Assembly: GCA_965198115.1 (NCBI GenBank)
Contig: OZ240241.1
Coordinates: forward strand, 1,280,001-1,344,000
Source of the DNA: Candidatus Latescibacterota bacterium
GTDB taxonomy: Bacteria > Latescibacterota > UBA2968
Direction of reading: 5' to 3'
DNA: 64,000 nt
The notes under the pieces: model-generated
Seen by the model: only the letters and a program-made list of their open reading frames with translations
Told to the model about the DNA's origin: nothing
Database searches by the model: none
Shown here: positions 60,699-64,000 of the stretch, one piece after another
Position numbering within the stretch: the first letter of the stretch is position 1
Layout: the number at the start of each line of letters is the position of its first letter
Translations under genes and position numbers: made by a program

Positions 60699-62629
60699 TC
60701 ATCGCGTCGTCGCGTTACACAGTGGCTGTGCGATCGGCCTTCCATTGCGATTCGGGATGACAGCTGGTACGTCCGTGGCTGCGAAAGAGGTCTTTTCTTC
60801 GAGTCTTGGCGTCTTAGTACAACTTTGATGTTTAAGACTGTCGACAGACCGAAAACCTGCCGAGAGTTTACGGGGATTCACCCGGTAATCCAAAACCATC
60901 TCGCCCCCTGGATGTAGATGAATTCGCTCGACACAGGCGTGGATGATGGCCTTGCGCATTCGAAACTGCTTCAGCTGAAGATCTGAGTAGCTTCTATTCT
61001 TTACGAGAAAAGATGGAACCGTATCGTCGACATCGACTAGCGAGAGGATGCCATCGCCCGCAATCGTCAGCGCGTGGGCGAGACTATCCTTAAGTGCGTC
61101 GGCCCCCTCGCGCGCATCCAGCTTGACAGTTATCTGATGAATCTCTTGATCCAGGTGCACGCCTTCTGCTTGGATCCTGTCCACTTGCTTCTGATACCGG
61201 GTACCCGTCAGCGGCCCGGACACATACGCATCGTCTGCCCTCTCAAGCTGTCCGGTAAGACCGTCCCTCTTCTTTCGTAGCTTTTCGAGTCGCTGTGCCA
61301 TCGCCTCTGCGTCACCCGAATCGAACTGTGACTGCCAGATCTGCAAGATTTTCACGGGCTTCATTAACATCCGATGAACCTGTCTACAAACTCGCGTGTT
61401 CACATCGGAGATTTTTTGGCTGGGCGCGCTGCACCTCTTACCGAACTGATTGTATTTGGCGTTGCAGTAGAGGCGTCCGTCGATCAGGTTCGACCGTTGG
61501 CCATAGATCACGCGTCCCTCACCGCGGTAATCTCGGCCTTCTTCGTGACAGACTCCGCAACGGAAGAGCTTGCCCAACAGATATTCGGTCGCGTCGGTGC
61601 GGACGCCCTGAGACTTGCGTCCATCCTTTGAGGCAGACTGGGCCTTCTTCCACAGAGCGTCCTCGATGATTCTGGGTACGGTGCACGAGACCCATTCAGA
61701 CCGAGGCTTGGGTTGTCTTTTCTTGATTCCCGTGACAGGTCCGTCGTAAAGCGCTGCTTGTTGTAGTGAAAGGTGCCCCGATAGGTCTGGCAGGCCAGAA
61801 TGTCCCTGACGTGAGGCGGACGCCACACACTACCACTCGGCGAGGTCAACCCCTCCGCGTTCAGAGATAGGGCGATTGAGTGCGACGTCACGCCGGAGAT
61901 GGCCAGTTCGTAAATCCTGCGAACCAGAGCCGCACCCTCATCATCGATATCAAGGACAGAGCGTGCGCCTTGTTTACCTCTCCCGGTCCCACCCGTCAGC
62001 TTCAGGCGATAGCCCACCGGAACGCACCCCCCCGGCCAATAGGCCTGCTCAGCGGCGGCGAGCTTCCCCTGCACCATCCTTCGGTGGCGCGTGTCCGCGT
62101 CAGCTTCAACGATAGAGAGGCGGATGGACGTCTCCAGTTTATCCGGAGGAAGCCAACCATCGTTGAGGGTGTAGATCGTGGCCTCCAGCTCCAGAAGTCG
62201 CGCGATGAACTCCCCGCGTTCCCTCGACTTTTCTGGCGACCCCCCTTTTAGCCGGATCAGTCGGTCGAGGAACGTGGCCCGCAACACGGGCACGCGGCCG
62301 GATGCGTGGATTTTGACAGCCTTCTCCAAAAGCACACGCCCGGCGGGTCGCTCCCAGAGTGCGGCCTGTTCGGCGGAGACGGCAAGGTCGAGCAACACGG
62401 TATGGGTTTCATCGACGAATACCGTTCCGTCGACCCGGCCCTTTTGACGCTCTTGGTCCGGCTTGTAGGACGGCAAGTCCTCGAACCTGTGTAGGGGCCA
62501 GTTGTGCTTTTCGGCGTCTTCGCGCAGGGCCTTCAGGTGACCGGTGTGCGTCCCCCGCTCACGCTGATCCTGGGATGAGGATCGATGGTAGCTCAGCAAC
62601 ACGGCATTCTCAGGTAGTGCACCGTTCAT
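60699..62629 (-). pseudogene. Large serine recombinase (about 640 aa), one frameshift near 61738
   Basis: YHRSSSQDQ catalytic region, LDRLIR, GGCVPVGY, recombinase domain, PRIIEDALW, LFRCGVC zinc ribbon and coiled coil. Confidence 0.88.
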
Positions 62630-62687
62630 TTCTCCCCCTCGTATTTCGATCAATTTGCCCTTCAGGCTTCAGCTTTCACATACGTCT

Positions 62688-62909
62688 TTACACAAGTCGA
62701 TTCTCTTCGAGTTCGCGTTTCGAGTAGTTGGGGTTGGGGTCGTAGACCTTCAGATCGTCAAACCGGGTTAGAGGCCAGTCGTGCTTGGCGGCGTCCTCCC
62801 CCAAAGCTTTGAAGTGTCCCTCGTGGGTCCCCCGCTCACGTTGATCTTGCGAACTCGATCTATGATAGGTCGGCACCCTTATATTCTCAGATGTGTCTTT
62901 CTGCAACAT
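62688..62909 (-). CDS. 73-aa paralogue of the recombinase N-terminus
   Basis: GGAGGTGA RBS. 34 of 44 residues identical to the recombinase from YHRSS to YxP. Confidence 0.65.
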   Translation of the reverse strand: MLQKDTSENIRVPTYHRSSSQDQRERGTHEGHFKALGEDAAKHDWPLTRFDDLKVYDPNPNYSKRELEENRLV

Positions 62910-63010
62910 TTCACCTCCTGTATCCAATGATTCAGATGCCCGGCTCTCCAGGAATCGCGTCCGATTCAGACTCCTCTCTTTGTCGGTCAGCCACACACGA
63001 ATCGCAGAAT

Positions 63011-63041
63011 GAGGTCCCGGAGGCGTGTCACCCGGGACCTC
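63011..63041. terminator. GC-rich hairpin next to the ISL3 insertion site
   Basis: GAGGTCCCGG...CCGGGACCTC 10-bp stem. Confidence 0.45.
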
Positions 63042-63051
63042 TCATAAATAT

Positions 63052-64000
63052 GGCTCTATCCGGGTTTCTCAACGGTGAAACTATAGAATGACAAGGTCAT
63101 AGATCGTTCCCTACGCTTGGTTGTGTGTGTAGGACAATCAAAGCGAAGGGGGTGCGACCTATGACCGGGAGCAGATTACTATCGAAACTGCTGAGATTCA
63201 AGGGGTTCCGTGTTGTCAGCTGGTGGTTTGAGGGGAGAAGCTGTTTCGTCATCGCCGTAAAGCCACATAAGAATGGTTGTTGTTGTCCGGAGTGCGGCCG
63301 TCGAGGTAAAATCGTCCGCACAATGCCCCATCCGCGTCGGTGGCGTGACATTCCGGTGTGCGGGTGGAGGGTCTGGCTTCTCTACCATCCTCGGGAGATT
63401 CGGTGTCCTACCCACGGTCGTGTGGTCGAGGAGATTCCGTGGGCGGAGCGGTTCTCTCGGGTGACGTATCGCTTCGAGTATGCCATGCTGCGCTACTGCC
63501 AGACCATGACGCAGAAGGCGGCGTCCGAGTTACTGCGCATCTCTGCCTCGACGCTGTCGGATCTCCTTCACCGATCCATCACGCGGCTTCGTGAAGGTCA
63601 TCGTATCCGAGGGCTCAAAACCATCGGGATCGACGAGATCTCCTACGCCAAGCGTCACAGGTACGCCACGCTCGTTTACGATCTGGACCGCTCCTGCGTG
63701 GTGTGGGTTGGCCGCGGCAGGGCGCGTAAAACGATCGATCGGTTCTTCACAGAGGCTCTCAGTCCCTACCGGAGATCCAAGATCGAGTGGGCCTGCTGCG
63801 ACATGAGCGAAGCTTACATCGGAGCCATCCAGGAACACTGTCCGAATGCCAAGCTGGTCCTCGATCGCTTTCACATCGTCAAGGCTCTCAATGCCGCCGT
63901 TGACGAGGTCCGTAAGGACCAGTGGCGTAAAGCTGCCCCGGATGAGCGCAAAGCCATGAAGGGCCTCCGATGGCTCCTCTACCGGCACTCAGCGACACGC
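63052..64000 (+). mobile_element. ISL3-family IS, copy 3 (partial, runs off the window; transposase from about 63125)
   Basis: Near-identical to copies 1 and 2, preceded by AT-rich ATAAATAT. Confidence 0.95.

Noticed and set aside
57234-64000. ISL3 copies 2 and 3 as a composite transposon carrying the carbamoyltransferase and recombinase
   Set aside because: Copy 2 has its own perfect 8-bp TSD, showing an independent insertion. The far end of copy 3 is outside the window.

Overview
A GC-rich bacterial chromosomal window. The gene repertoire resembles Latescibacterota-type heterotrophs, but that is inference only. Content: a haem/sirohaem operon (ccsA-like, sirC/cysG-N, hemA, hemC, cobA), anmK, catabolic and transport genes (enolase-superfamily enzyme, class IV aminotransferase, MATE, Ldh_2, flavin disulfide reductase, three tandem MFS paralogues, ggt, ArgE-like peptidase, FGGY kinase, Gfo/Idh/MocA enzymes, hydantoinase A/B), a decaying surface-glycan locus (wzz, 2-hydroxyacid dehydrogenase, radical SAM/SPASM, kdsB-like, carbamoyltransferase, FkbM, ArnT-like), a second intact carbamoyltransferase, and a large serine recombinase preceded by a short paralogue of its own N-terminus. 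About 14 kb (~22%) is mobile DNA in 12 elements: 3 ISL3, 2 IS200, 2+2 IS256 of two types, IS1182, IS630 and a 764-bp non-coding TGT...ACA element. Several are nested, and most have target-site duplications that can be read directly. Most notable: the transposase-less 764-bp element in the FGGY kinase; IS200 copies repeatedly hit by IS256 and with junctions that cannot restore both host frames; ~25-33-nt hairpin mini-insertions; the recombinase/mini-paralogue pair; and disruption of all three cyclic-nucleotide signalling genes. Many single-base frameshifts could be assembly errors. No rRNA, tRNA or CRISPR array was seen.
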